From positions 11,057-75,056 of the forward strand of contig PFBJ01000003.1 of NCBI GenBank assembly GCA_002778575.1: a stretch of DNA of 64,000 nucleotides, read 5' to 3'. Below are positions 21,257 through 30,151 of this stretch, in pieces. Position numbers and translations under genes: made by a program. The notes below the pieces were generated by a model. That model made no database searches. It was not told where the DNA came from and saw nothing but the letters and a program-made list of their open reading frames with translations. Origin of the DNA: Candidatus Kaiserbacteria bacterium CG10_big_fil_rev_8_21_14_0_10_49_17. GTDB taxonomy: Bacteria > Patescibacteriota > Minisyncoccia > Phycocordibacterales > JABMNX01. Position 1 is the stretch's first letter. Each line of letters opens with the position of its first letter.

Positions 21257-21931
21257 ATGGCACATGCCGACATAAAACTGGCTCCCGAGTGGAAGGTGCT
21301 TTTAGCCGCAGAATTTACTGCACCGTATTTTACAGAGTTGGCTGAGTTGGTTCGCGCAGAATACCTTACACATACGGTCTTTCCTCCTCCGAAATACATT
21401 TTCCGCGCACTTGATTTAGTGGCGCCGTCTGACGTAGCGGTAGTCATCCTTGGGCAAGACCCGTACCACACCCCTGGTGTCGCTGACGGACTCGCATTTT
21501 CAACAGGAAGCAAGAATCGCATTCCGCCATCACTTGCAAATATCTTTAAAGAAATAGAAAGCGAGTTTGCTGTGCCGTGCATACAGAATCCGGATCTAAC
21601 TCGGTGGGCGAACCAAGGAGTACTGCTTCTTAATGCGTCGCTCTCGGTACGCTCTGGCGAGGCAAATTCACACGCTCTGTACGGGTGGCACACATTTACC
21701 GATGCAATTATCAAATCCCTATCGGAAAATTACTCACATATTGTTTTTATGCTCTGGGGCACGTTTGCAGGGAAAAAAGAGGTGCTCATTGACTCACATA
21801 CGCACTTGGTATTGAAATCGGCTCACCCATCACCGCTCTCCGCGCATCGAGGTTTTTTTGGAAATGCGCACTTTACGCGGGCGAATGCCTATCTAATTAA
21901 AAACGGAAAGAAACCTATTGACTGGAGGTAA
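21257..21931 (+). CDS. ung: Uracil-DNA glycosylase, family 1
   Basis: GQDPYH, PPSL.NI, GVLLLN, HPSPLS. Confidence 0.96.
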   Translation: MAHADIKLAPEWKVLLAAEFTAPYFTELAELVRAEYLTHTVFPPPKYIFRALDLVAPSDVAVVILGQDPYHTPGVADGLAFSTGSKNRIPPSLANIFKEIESEFAVPCIQNPDLTRWANQGVLLLNASLSVRSGEANSHALYGWHTFTDAIIKSLSENYSHIVFMLWGTFAGKKEVLIDSHTHLVLKSAHPSPLSAHRGFFGNAHFTRANAYLIKNGKKPIDWR

Positions 21932-22175
21932 GTGCTCCTTCATTTCTTAGAAGCGTTGCTTTCTCGCCCCGCAGGCCATTGTAGCCGCCAAGTGTTCCAT
22001 TCGCGCGGATGACCCTATGACACGGCACACGTTTATCAGTATTGTTTTTCATTACCACCCCCACTGCTCGCGCCGCGCGCGGGCTTCCCGCACGTGCTGC
22101 CACCTCGCCATATGAGAGCGTCTTCCCTTCTGGAATCCCGCGCACTATTGCCACCACTCGCTCAGTAAAATCCAT
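21915..22175 (-). CDS. Minimal O6-alkylguanine-DNA alkyltransferase (MGMT C-terminal domain only)
   Basis: IPEG..SYG, AARAVG, active-site PCHRV. Confidence 0.88.
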   Translation of the reverse strand: MDFTERVVAIVRGIPEGKTLSYGEVAARAGSPRAARAVGVVMKNNTDKRVPCHRVIRANGTLGGYNGLRGEKATLLRNEGALTSSQ

Positions 22176-22176
22176 A

Positions 22177-23001
22177 TTAGAACAATGATCCAGTATCTGT
22201 GGCGCTGGACTGTGGCGGCACATCTAATTTTGGTTGCGCCGCGGAGTATCGCTCCTGGAGTTTTTTGCCAGCGTACTTTCGGTAGGTGCAGTAGTCACAC
22301 TCCGGGTGCGCGTCCGGTATATTCTCGCTATCAAGACACTCTTTAATGCGAAGCAGTGTTGGTTCTATCCATGATCCGTCTCCCGTATACGGAATGAGTG
22401 TTACCTCAAAAATGAGTTTTCCGTCGAATGCTTTCTCATCCTTGCTTGCATTCGCATAGACAAAGTAACCCGTATCAGAGACGCGAAAACCATTCTGCCT
22501 CAAAAGCCACTGGTATACTTCCATCTGGCGTTTGTAGCCGTCCTGCCAATCTTTATTTAACTCCTCAATTTTCTCATCCTTGCTCGTTGACTTGTAGTCA
22601 ACGACCAGCAATTCTTCTTCGGGGGTCACCCACACGTCATCCACCGCACCTGAAATAGTAAATCCGGTCTTTTTATGCGTGCACTCTATCCCCTTAAAAT
22701 TTTCCCGCCAAATGTCCAGCTTGCTATGAGCAAATGGAATTGCATGTATGCCGTACTGCTCCATGAGCGGGTGCGCCGTTTTATCCGCCCGGTGAATATC
22801 GAACTCTTTTTTAAGCAGTGCATCAACCGCGCTATTGAGTGCGAATGGGTACCCAGGCGGACGGGCGGTTCCGAGCTTATTGTCGAGGTAGAAGCACCGC
22901 GGACACTCAACAAAAAGATCAATCTTTGAACGGGAGAGGCGCCACCGAGGGCCGCCATAATTCCAATCCGCTTTCCTGTCGGGCTTGTAGTATGAACTCA
23001 T
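22177..23001 (-). CDS. PD-(D/E)XK nuclease (Cas4/AddB-like, solo)
   Basis: LSRSKI..F.ECPRC, GAVDD, VVDYKS, QMEVY, CDYC. Confidence 0.85.
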   Translation of the reverse strand: MSSYYKPDRKADWNYGGPRWRLSRSKIDLFVECPRCFYLDNKLGTARPPGYPFALNSAVDALLKKEFDIHRADKTAHPLMEQYGIHAIPFAHSKLDIWRENFKGIECTHKKTGFTISGAVDDVWVTPEEELLVVDYKSTSKDEKIEELNKDWQDGYKRQMEVYQWLLRQNGFRVSDTGYFVYANASKDEKAFDGKLIFEVTLIPYTGDGSWIEPTLLRIKECLDSENIPDAHPECDYCTYRKYAGKKLQERYSAAQPKLDVPPQSSATDTGSLF

Positions 23002-23046
23002 GCATCGCAGTATACCACTGCTCACACTCTCACAAAATCCCAACCG

Positions 23047-23547
23047 CTACTCGCCCTCTTCCTCTTCAATCCGCACAGGCGTTTTCTTTGCAGAGTCTGT
23101 CCACGCTTTCAGTCTGTCTTCAATAAACCAAAGCGCTGTGAAGGCCAAGAGCGCGAGGAGTGCTGAGAAAATGGCGATCGCATAGAGTCCAAAACCAATA
23201 GCAATACCGATTCCTGACGCAACCCATAACCCCGCCGCGGTCGTGAGCCCCCTGAGCTCATCTCCTCGGAAGATAATGATTCCCGCTCCGATAAATCCGA
23301 TACCGGTAATAATCCCAGCAACAACACGCATCGGGTCGAAATTTACCAGACCCAAGTACGAATGCGTTACTTGAATTCCAATAACCGTAAAGAGGCATGA
23401 GCCGAGAGAGACCAGTGCAAATGTTCGCGAGCCGGCCCGTTTCCCTGCGACAACAGAGCGTTCTGTTCCCAGCAAGAGGCCGAGCAGGAGCGCGAGGCTA
23501 AGCTGGCCAAAGACGATGAGTAACGAAGCCGGTACGAATGGTTCCAT
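23047..23547 (-). CDS. MgtC/SapB family membrane protein
   Basis: GTER, AGSRTF.LV, TGIGFIGAG.I, GLTTAAGLW. Confidence 0.92.
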   Translation of the reverse strand: MEPFVPASLLIVFGQLSLALLLGLLLGTERSVVAGKRAGSRTFALVSLGSCLFTVIGIQVTHSYLGLVNFDPMRVVAGIITGIGFIGAGIIIFRGDELRGLTTAAGLWVASGIGIAIGFGLYAIAIFSALLALLAFTALWFIEDRLKAWTDSAKKTPVRIEEEEGE

Positions 23548-23619
23548 TACGGAAAGTATAGCATATTGACTCCCGTCAACCTGATTTGTATGTTTAAAAC
23601 GGCATAGAAGAAGGAGTGC

Positions 23620-23982
23620 GTGATGAAAATCCGCTTAACTGAAGAAAATCAAGGCGACTTTTGCGGTTGGAAAATCGTACTGATGGAATCCGGAGGCGCC
23701 ACGCGTGGTGAATTTGGCGGACTGAAGGAGGGAATGCTTGGGGCGAAAATCCTTTCTTACAAACCCGGAACCAAGGAGCTGTACAACGAGGTGACGGGAA
23801 AGTGGGAGCCGGCAGAGTGTATCCTCAATGACTTCGAGGGTCCCGCAACAAGCTCTATGCTTGAGTTTCATCAGGGCGATGGTGGAATTCTCTGTATGGG
23901 CATTCCGTATATCGGTCCCTGCTACCTCGTGCCTCCCGACGTAGAACTTTCTCTCCCCTCGCGAAAGATGTTCTGCGATTAG
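23620..23982 (+). CDS. Hypothetical protein (ORFan-like)
   Basis: TTGACT-17-TATGTT promoter (23566-23594), AAGGAG SD, followed by a terminator. Confidence 0.7.
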   Translation: MMKIRLTEENQGDFCGWKIVLMESGGATRGEFGGLKEGMLGAKILSYKPGTKELYNEVTGKWEPAECILNDFEGPATSSMLEFHQGDGGILCMGIPYIGPCYLVPPDVELSLPSRKMFCD

Positions 23983-23986
23983 AGCT

Positions 23987-24011
23987 AAAGGCGCCCTCTG
24001 GGCGTCTTTTT
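23987..24011 (+). terminator. Rho-independent terminator
   Basis: aaaggcgccc-tct-gggcgtcttttt. Confidence 0.75.
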
Positions 24012-24015
24012 GTAT

Positions 24016-24054
24016 AAAAAAATCGACTCAGTCAGGTGACTGAGTCGATTTTTT
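24016..24054 (-). terminator. Bidirectional terminator hairpin
   Basis: aatcgactcagtca-gg-tgactgagtcgatt flanked by A and T tracts. Confidence 0.8.
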
Positions 24055-24074
24055 GGGCTCATATAAGCCGTTTT

Positions 24075-24638
24075 CTAATTTGTTCGAAATGCACTCATAA
24101 GAGGAGCTCCGCCGGCCCCAAGAGCTGGGAAATCTGTATCGAGTGAGAATTCTCTATCGCCATTGTCTTGGTAAATGACGGCAAAATAGAGAGCATTTGC
24201 TGTTGTGCCGCGAAGCAACTCAACAACGACGTTTTCATGCACTCCCGCCTCAAGACGTGCCGCTCCGAGAGCATTACCGATTTGATTATCACTGCCTTCA
24301 TGAATGACAACCCATCCGGTTTCTTGTAATTCAACCTTTCGGACAGTAACGCTCATACCCGCAGGTTGATTTGAAACTGCGATCGCGGAATTACTTGTCA
24401 GCACTGGCGCTGACCCGCTTCCTGAATCTGTATCTCCTGATACATCGGGATTCACACCTGAGCCAATGAGCCCTGAATCACCTGATTTTATGTCACTATC
24501 ATCATCAATTACCGCGGTATCATCTGTGCGGCTCTCTGCGCTTTCGCTCTTTGGGCCAAGGTAAAGCCACGTAAGCGCTGATCCGATGAGAAGACCAGTG
24601 ACGAATAGCGCACCAAATTTGACATACTGATTATTCAT
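24075..24638 (-). CDS. Membrane-anchored protein with D/S/G-rich linker and C-terminal beta domain (DUF7282-like)
   Basis: N-terminal TM; GWVVIHE...LGA..L.AG.H..V.V.L motif. Confidence 0.7.
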   Translation of the reverse strand: MNNQYVKFGALFVTGLLIGSALTWLYLGPKSESAESRTDDTAVIDDDSDIKSGDSGLIGSGVNPDVSGDTDSGSGSAPVLTSNSAIAVSNQPAGMSVTVRKVELQETGWVVIHEGSDNQIGNALGAARLEAGVHENVVVELLRGTTANALYFAVIYQDNGDREFSLDTDFPALGAGGAPLMSAFRTN

Positions 24639-24681
24639 GTTCTTTTCTGATTTTTATTACTTACAAAAAAGTTGGCCTATT

Positions 24682-25533
24682 TTACATTGCTACACCGCTT
24701 GTGCACAAGTCCTGAGCTTCTCGCATTGCTTCCGCGGCTTTCTCGGGTGTTATGCCGTGCTCCGTAAGAACACTTGCGCCCGCCTTAATTGAGCGACACA
24801 GAACAAGTTTGTCTTCAAGTAGTCGCTGTTTTTCCGACTCTGAGAGCGTTGTGAGGCACGTAATAGGGTGCAGACCTGTTTCTGAAACAAGATCCTGTAA
24901 ATTGCCGCTTTCCGGGTAATTCCAGCCGATAAGCGTCAGCCCGACACACTTTCCGTATTCAATTGCATTACCGGTAAATTTTGTATTCGTAATGAGCATC
25001 CCGCGCTCAATGTGCGCTTCTCCCTCTACTTTCGGAGCTTCGGCTAAATCAATAAAGCGCGCCCGCACGTACAGCGCTACCTTTAGGTCGGTTTTCATCC
25101 CGGGACTGTTATGAAATTTTACCTCGGCACCAAATGCATCATCAGCTGACGTCGCGATAAGATCCACCTCGTGTTCAGCGCACTTTCCGTTTGTGATAAC
25201 TCCCGTCATGACGTCGTAGCCTTTCGCGCGGAAAATTTCACTTACGAAATCCTCAAACGGAAAACCGGACGGGCCGAGCGCTAGGATTGCCCGCTTCAGT
25301 GAATAGCGTGCCGCAACGGGACGCACCTCTTTCTCCCGTAAATAATTAAATGCTCGTGAGTAAATTTCTTGAGTCGACATGCCGTCTTTCATTTCAGAAA
25401 CCACCTGCGTTGTTATTTCCGCAATAGTTTTCTCTCCCGCGCCTGCCCGGGTAAGAGAGCGCTTGAGCTTTTCCGGATCAAACGGCTCCCGCTCTCCATC
25501 AGCTTTAACAATTGTGACGCTTTTTTTCTCCAT
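24682..25533 (-). CDS. ATP-cone plus Mrr-like PD-(D/E)XK endonuclease domain protein
   Basis: IVKADGEREPFD.EK (ATP-cone); GFPFE.FV, HEVDL, EVK, LITN.KFT..A. Confidence 0.85.
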   Translation of the reverse strand: MEKKSVTIVKADGEREPFDPEKLKRSLTRAGAGEKTIAEITTQVVSEMKDGMSTQEIYSRAFNYLREKEVRPVAARYSLKRAILALGPSGFPFEDFVSEIFRAKGYDVMTGVITNGKCAEHEVDLIATSADDAFGAEVKFHNSPGMKTDLKVALYVRARFIDLAEAPKVEGEAHIERGMLITNTKFTGNAIEYGKCVGLTLIGWNYPESGNLQDLVSETGLHPITCLTTLSESEKQRLLEDKLVLCRSIKAGASVLTEHGITPEKAAEAMREAQDLCTSGVAM

Positions 25534-25546
25534 ATGTGTATCTTAT

Positions 25547-26623
25547 CTAATGTCTCGTTGTATCACTAGTCGCAATTATGCCTCCACCGAGACACTCACC
25601 GTCTTTGTAGAGTACTAACGACTGTCCCGGGGAGGGTTTCTCTGCGGATTCAGCAAGCGAAACAGACGAGTCCTCTATAACTGCCCTCCGGAGCGCTCCT
25701 CGATGCCGGGTACGCGCGTCTGCCTCTCCGTGCGGTACCTCGCGAATCCAATGCGTATTTTCAAGTGTAATGCTTTCTGCTGCTGTCTCTTCAGGAGACC
25801 CACTTCGGACCGTAATGGTATTTTTTTCAATATCTTTCGCGATAACGAAATGAGCGCGCTCATCTGTCTTTTGCGACGTGACCGTAAAGCCGTGCCGCTG
25901 CCCGTACGTATAGAGTATTGCCCCTTCGTGCTCCCCAATAACAGCTCCGGCTTCATTTAAAACAGCTCCGCTATTCGTGGGAATATACTGTCGTATGAAG
26001 TCTCGTATTTCCACATCTCCAATAAAACAGAGACCTTGGCTTTCAGAACGCGTGGCACTGGGAAGTCTGTGTTCTACTGCGTACGCACGCACTTCATCCT
26101 TTGTCATTGCGTAGAGTGGAAAGAGCGAACGAGAGAGCTGCTGCTGCGTAAGTGTCCACAGAAAGTACGTCTGGTCCTTTGTTTTATCCTTTGGTTGTAA
26201 AAGCGCATACGCGCCTTCTTTTTCCTCAACTGCCCCATAGTGGCCAGTTGCTATGGCATCCGCGCCTTCTGCAAGCGCATAGTCAAGAAAAGCTCCGAAT
26301 TTAACCGACCGGTTGCACATCACATCAGGATTTGGAGTGCGTCCCGCGGTGTATTCAGCTATCAGGTAATCTATAACTTCTTTTTTGTACACATCGGAGA
26401 GATCGAGTGTTTGAAATGGGATTTCAAGGTGTGCGGCACTGCGAAGAGCAGCCGCTCTATCTTCTTCCCATGTGCAGTGTATAAACTCCGGTTGCCAAAT
26501 TTTGATAAAAACGCCCACAACCGCGTATCCCTGATTTTTGAGAATGTGCGCGGCAACAGAAGAATCGACCCCGCCCGAGAGTCCGACAAAAATTGTTTTC
26601 TGTGTATCACTCATCACTGCCAC
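25547..26623 (-). CDS. mnmA: tRNA 2-thiouridylase MnmA
   Basis: SGGVDS, TPNPDVMCN, ATGHY, KDQTYFL, ESQGLCF; start could be 26614. Confidence 0.96.
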   Translation of the reverse strand: MAVMSDTQKTIFVGLSGGVDSSVAAHILKNQGYAVVGVFIKIWQPEFIHCTWEEDRAAALRSAAHLEIPFQTLDLSDVYKKEVIDYLIAEYTAGRTPNPDVMCNRSVKFGAFLDYALAEGADAIATGHYGAVEEKEGAYALLQPKDKTKDQTYFLWTLTQQQLSRSLFPLYAMTKDEVRAYAVEHRLPSATRSESQGLCFIGDVEIRDFIRQYIPTNSGAVLNEAGAVIGEHEGAILYTYGQRHGFTVTSQKTDERAHFVIAKDIEKNTITVRSGSPEETAAESITLENTHWIREVPHGEADARTRHRGALRRAVIEDSSVSLAESAEKPSPGQSLVLYKDGECLGGGIIATSDTTRH

Positions 26624-26646
26624 AATACACGAGAGCGTGGCAAATG

Positions 26647-27660
26647 CTAATTAACATAGAGTGCCTTCTTTCTTTTATGCTCCTCAAACGTTCGAGAAAA
26701 GTACGTCACACCGTTTCTATCAGCCAAGTAGTAGAGGTAGTTACTCTCAATCGGCTCAGCTGCGGCAATAATCGATTCGATAGACGGACTGCCGATCGGC
26801 GTCGGTGGGAGCCCTTTGTGCTGGTATGTGTTATACGGCGACGAGGCGTCAGCGAGCTCGGCTTTGGTAATATCGTATGTACCCTTCCCGTTTATGTAAC
26901 GGAATGTCGCGTCAACCTGAAGCGCCATATCAATATCCAACCGATTCCATAACACGCTGGCTATACGTCGCTTTACCTCAAAATCATGCGCCTCTCGTTC
27001 AAGTATTGACGCCATTATGACAATATCCTCCACGGAGCGCCCTGAAGCTCCAAGCCGCAATGCAATATCTTCAATGCGCGCGAAGAACGTACCGCGCAAA
27101 ACCGAGACGACTTCATCTGCCGTAGTGCTTGGCAGAAAGTGGTACGTATCAGGGTAGAGGTACCCCTCAAATTGCGTGGCAATCTGCGTAAAGCGTTCCG
27201 CGTCGAAGCGAGGCAGTACACTCTGTAACTGTTGCGCCATCTCTGCCACTGTTGACCCCTCTTCAATCCTCACTGTAATGGTATCAAGCCCGTACTCTCC
27301 GCGATTCATTCTCCACGCAAGCGCAAGTACGTTTTCCCTTGTGTCGAGATAGTAATCTCCTGCTATGACTTTTCCTCCGAAAAGAAGTGCGGCTGCTTTA
27401 AACACCGTAGCTGACTGGATAATGCCGTTTTCTTTCAGTAGTGATGCAGTACTGCCAATTGTCCCGCCGCTTTTAACGGTAATGACGTGTTGCGTAGGAA
27501 ATGTATGCGGCGGCGCAATGAGCGTTGAATATGTCAGTGAGATAAGAAAAAGAACCGCAACTGCAAAAAGTGCGGCAGTTTCTCTATTGCGATTGTGTCG
27601 CATCCATGTATGAAGTCGCTCATGCCTTGAGCGCATTTTTTCTATTAGCACGCGCATCAT
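26647..27660 (-). CDS. mltG: Endolytic transglycosylase MltG (YceG)
   Basis: EGYLYPDTY, ASILERE, LQVDAT, SPYNTY..KGLPPTPI. Confidence 0.93.
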   Translation of the reverse strand: MMRVLIEKMRSRHERLHTWMRHNRNRETAALFAVAVLFLISLTYSTLIAPPHTFPTQHVITVKSGGTIGSTASLLKENGIIQSATVFKAAALLFGGKVIAGDYYLDTRENVLALAWRMNRGEYGLDTITVRIEEGSTVAEMAQQLQSVLPRFDAERFTQIATQFEGYLYPDTYHFLPSTTADEVVSVLRGTFFARIEDIALRLGASGRSVEDIVIMASILEREAHDFEVKRRIASVLWNRLDIDMALQVDATFRYINGKGTYDITKAELADASSPYNTYQHKGLPPTPIGSPSIESIIAAAEPIESNYLYYLADRNGVTYFSRTFEEHKRKKALYVN

Positions 27661-28988
27661 GTCGGGAGATTTGTGGGCGCGCCGCCGGTCGTGCTTGGGA
27701 TACGGCGAAGTGCGGGGGCCGATACAGCCTCGCCAGGGAAGTGATAGAGAGTCGCAAGCTCTTCCGTATTAAGCACGAAGTGCGGAGTCTCGTACGGCGG
27801 GTAAAACCACGAACGCCGTTTATACGCGTCAATGATTGCCGCTTTCATTTTGTTTTTCTTTCTATCCTTATAGTCCTGCCACGGATAGCTGAATGCCGTA
27901 AACCACCCCGTCGGAGCAAACCCATTGAGTAAATCATCATTTAATTGCTTTAGTGAGATGGTAAGCGCAGGAATATTCGAAGCATTGAAATTCTCCTTCT
28001 TTGCAATATAAATACCACGAATACCCGCATCAAAACCGGGCTTGCTGATACTCCGTTCGATTGCCTCGAGTTGCAGTTTCTGGCCGAATGTAGGATTTGG
28101 AAAACCTGGAAATTCTTGCCCTGGATATTGCGGAGAAGATTCTTCACGAATTTTCTGAATCATCGCTTTCGCCTCGTCCTTCCATGACACATACCCGCCA
28201 AACGGCCCCCACCCAGCATCTTTTTTAAAGCGTTTGTCTTCCGATAGCTTGTCTTTATTTTGACGAATCAGTATCTGAAACCACAGCTGCTCCCCGGGCC
28301 CCATTCGGCCGAGAAATTCGAAGAAACCGGCCATTGGGTCAATTTTATATTCTTCTTTCGGATCTTTATCGAGACCGTAGTCAACGTACGTACGAATCGG
28401 GAGGGCGTCTTCTTTGGTGAGTTTAAAATCGCACCCCCACACATTCATCGTTTCAACATTAAATTCTACGAATTTTGTATAGTCCTCAACTTCAGTTATC
28501 TGCACGTTCGGGTACTGCCCGTATATTTGCGCCTCAACAATGTCTTGTAAGAAACGCCGAGTCCAAATAAAGAAATGAATTTCTCCTTCAATGGAAGCTA
28601 TTTCAAGCGAGAACCACGGACGCACTCTTCCCTCCAGCCATCTGTTGATAAATGTTGCCTCTCCCATGCCAAGATGAAAATTGGTGAGGACCGTTTCCAT
28701 TGCTTTTGGTGATTTTGAAATTTCCTGGGGAAGCCGGATCTCCAGCAATACGTATTCCTGAGAGTTGATAAATTTCGTTCGAATGTATGTTTTCCACATT
28801 CCCCAAAACACAAACAGCAGCACTACCGGAAGCCATAACGGAGAGAGCGCGAGTATGCCGCGAAAGACGGAACCGAGGAGCGACGGGGAGAGGTACGTAA
28901 TAACCGAGAGTATGATGACAAGCACCGGTACCAAGACGGTAGTCGGTGAAAACCCGAATTTATCTGCAAGGTTAACGAGCCATTGCAT
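27657..28988 (-). CDS. CPR-conserved membrane protein resembling the N-terminal region of DUF87/VirD4-like ATPases
   Basis: Two TMs; FSLEI.S..G.I.F, QIY.QYP...I.EVEDY, LPIRTY, LN.EELATLYHFP; no P-loop. Confidence 0.65.
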   Translation of the reverse strand: MQWLVNLADKFGFSPTTVLVPVLVIILSVITYLSPSLLGSVFRGILALSPLWLPVVLLFVFWGMWKTYIRTKFINSQEYVLLEIRLPQEISKSPKAMETVLTNFHLGMGEATFINRWLEGRVRPWFSLEIASIEGEIHFFIWTRRFLQDIVEAQIYGQYPNVQITEVEDYTKFVEFNVETMNVWGCDFKLTKEDALPIRTYVDYGLDKDPKEEYKIDPMAGFFEFLGRMGPGEQLWFQILIRQNKDKLSEDKRFKKDAGWGPFGGYVSWKDEAKAMIQKIREESSPQYPGQEFPGFPNPTFGQKLQLEAIERSISKPGFDAGIRGIYIAKKENFNASNIPALTISLKQLNDDLLNGFAPTGWFTAFSYPWQDYKDRKKNKMKAAIIDAYKRRSWFYPPYETPHFVLNTEELATLYHFPGEAVSAPALRRIPSTTGGAPTNLPT

Positions 28989-29057
28989 ATTGCATCAATA
29001 ATACAGCATTGCCTGCTCTTTGGCTTCTCTTTACTGACCCCTCAGTGGGAATAGCTA

Positions 29058-30092
29058 TTAGGCGAGAGTGTAACGGCCGTCTTTGCCGCGCGCAAAAACA
29101 CTCGAATCCTGAAGATTCACAAGAATTGTATTGTCCTTCACGTATCGCTCCTTTCGAACGCGGTCAATAATTTCATCGCGAGTCAGTGGCCCTTCATTCT
29201 TCAAAATCTCACGGATAACTTCCTTTACAACGCCAGTCGAATAGCCCCACTCAGAAAGTGCGTAAAGTCCGCGGCCGACAAGTACAAAACGGTCGTCTTT
29301 AATAAGTTCATTGTGGCACGTAGCCGTATGTGCTCGACGATTGAAGAGTTCATTGATAGCCTTTGCAACCTCTGTAAAGTGCATCGGTGAGCCGTGTCGC
29401 TTAATTGCCAAGTATGCGTAGTCCCGCATGCCTTTTGCACGGACGTTCGGACTTGCCGCAAGCCCCCACTCCCCGAGCGGGTTTTGCCCAATACCCTTTG
29501 ACAGCGAGAGCCATCGGCGAAGTATTTCTTCATCGCGGTAACGTTGGTTAAGATCGCGAAGTTCTGAAAGAAATGTATCGAACAGTTCGGACTCCGGAAT
29601 TAAATCGTCATCACCAAGATTTTTGTATACCGAGCGGAGTGCGTTTTGGACTTGCTCTGCCAATTTTTCATCCGTGTACCAACGGTGTGCAAATTCTGAA
29701 TCTTCCTTTTTTCGAGTAAATTGATTCCCAAGCACTAGAAGAAAGTGTATGTGATTCCGTGTGCTCTCATCCTTTGCGACGGATGCGAGGAGGCTTTCCT
29801 CTGAAATGACGCCTCCGAGGGAGTCAACATACTCCGCCAGTGCCGCAAATGCTGCCGCTTCATTTTCAAATGCCTCGGATTTCTGGATTGTCGCAATAGC
29901 GTAATTTTCAATCTGTCGTACTCGCTCACGCGTAATGCCGTACCGCTTGCCAATCGCTTCAAGCGTGAGGGGATCGGTCTTATCTCCAAGACCGTAGCGC
30001 GCAATGAGTACTTCTCGGGCACGGTCCGGTAGAGCGGCGAGGAGTCGCTTCGTTACCGCTTTTGGTTTAAGTGATGAAATTACGGTTGCCAT
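29058..30092 (-). CDS. Sigma-70 region 4 plus C-terminal winged-HTH (HARE-HTH/delta-like) protein
   Basis: RYGL..TLEAIG..YGITRERVRQIE; PMHFTE..HNELI.D.RFVLVGRGLYALSEWG. Confidence 0.8.
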   Translation of the reverse strand: MATVISSLKPKAVTKRLLAALPDRAREVLIARYGLGDKTDPLTLEAIGKRYGITRERVRQIENYAIATIQKSEAFENEAAAFAALAEYVDSLGGVISEESLLASVAKDESTRNHIHFLLVLGNQFTRKKEDSEFAHRWYTDEKLAEQVQNALRSVYKNLGDDDLIPESELFDTFLSELRDLNQRYRDEEILRRWLSLSKGIGQNPLGEWGLAASPNVRAKGMRDYAYLAIKRHGSPMHFTEVAKAINELFNRRAHTATCHNELIKDDRFVLVGRGLYALSEWGYSTGVVKEVIREILKNEGPLTRDEIIDRVRKERYVKDNTILVNLQDSSVFARGKDGRYTLA

Positions 30093-30151
30093 TGCGCATC
30101 TAATTAATATGTACTCCCATTTGTATCACTTACTTTCACCCCCGTCAAGCC

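Noticed and set aside
22177-23001. Cas4-like gene as part of a CRISPR-Cas locus
   Set aside because: No cas1/cas2 and no repeat-spacer array were seen anywhere in the window.
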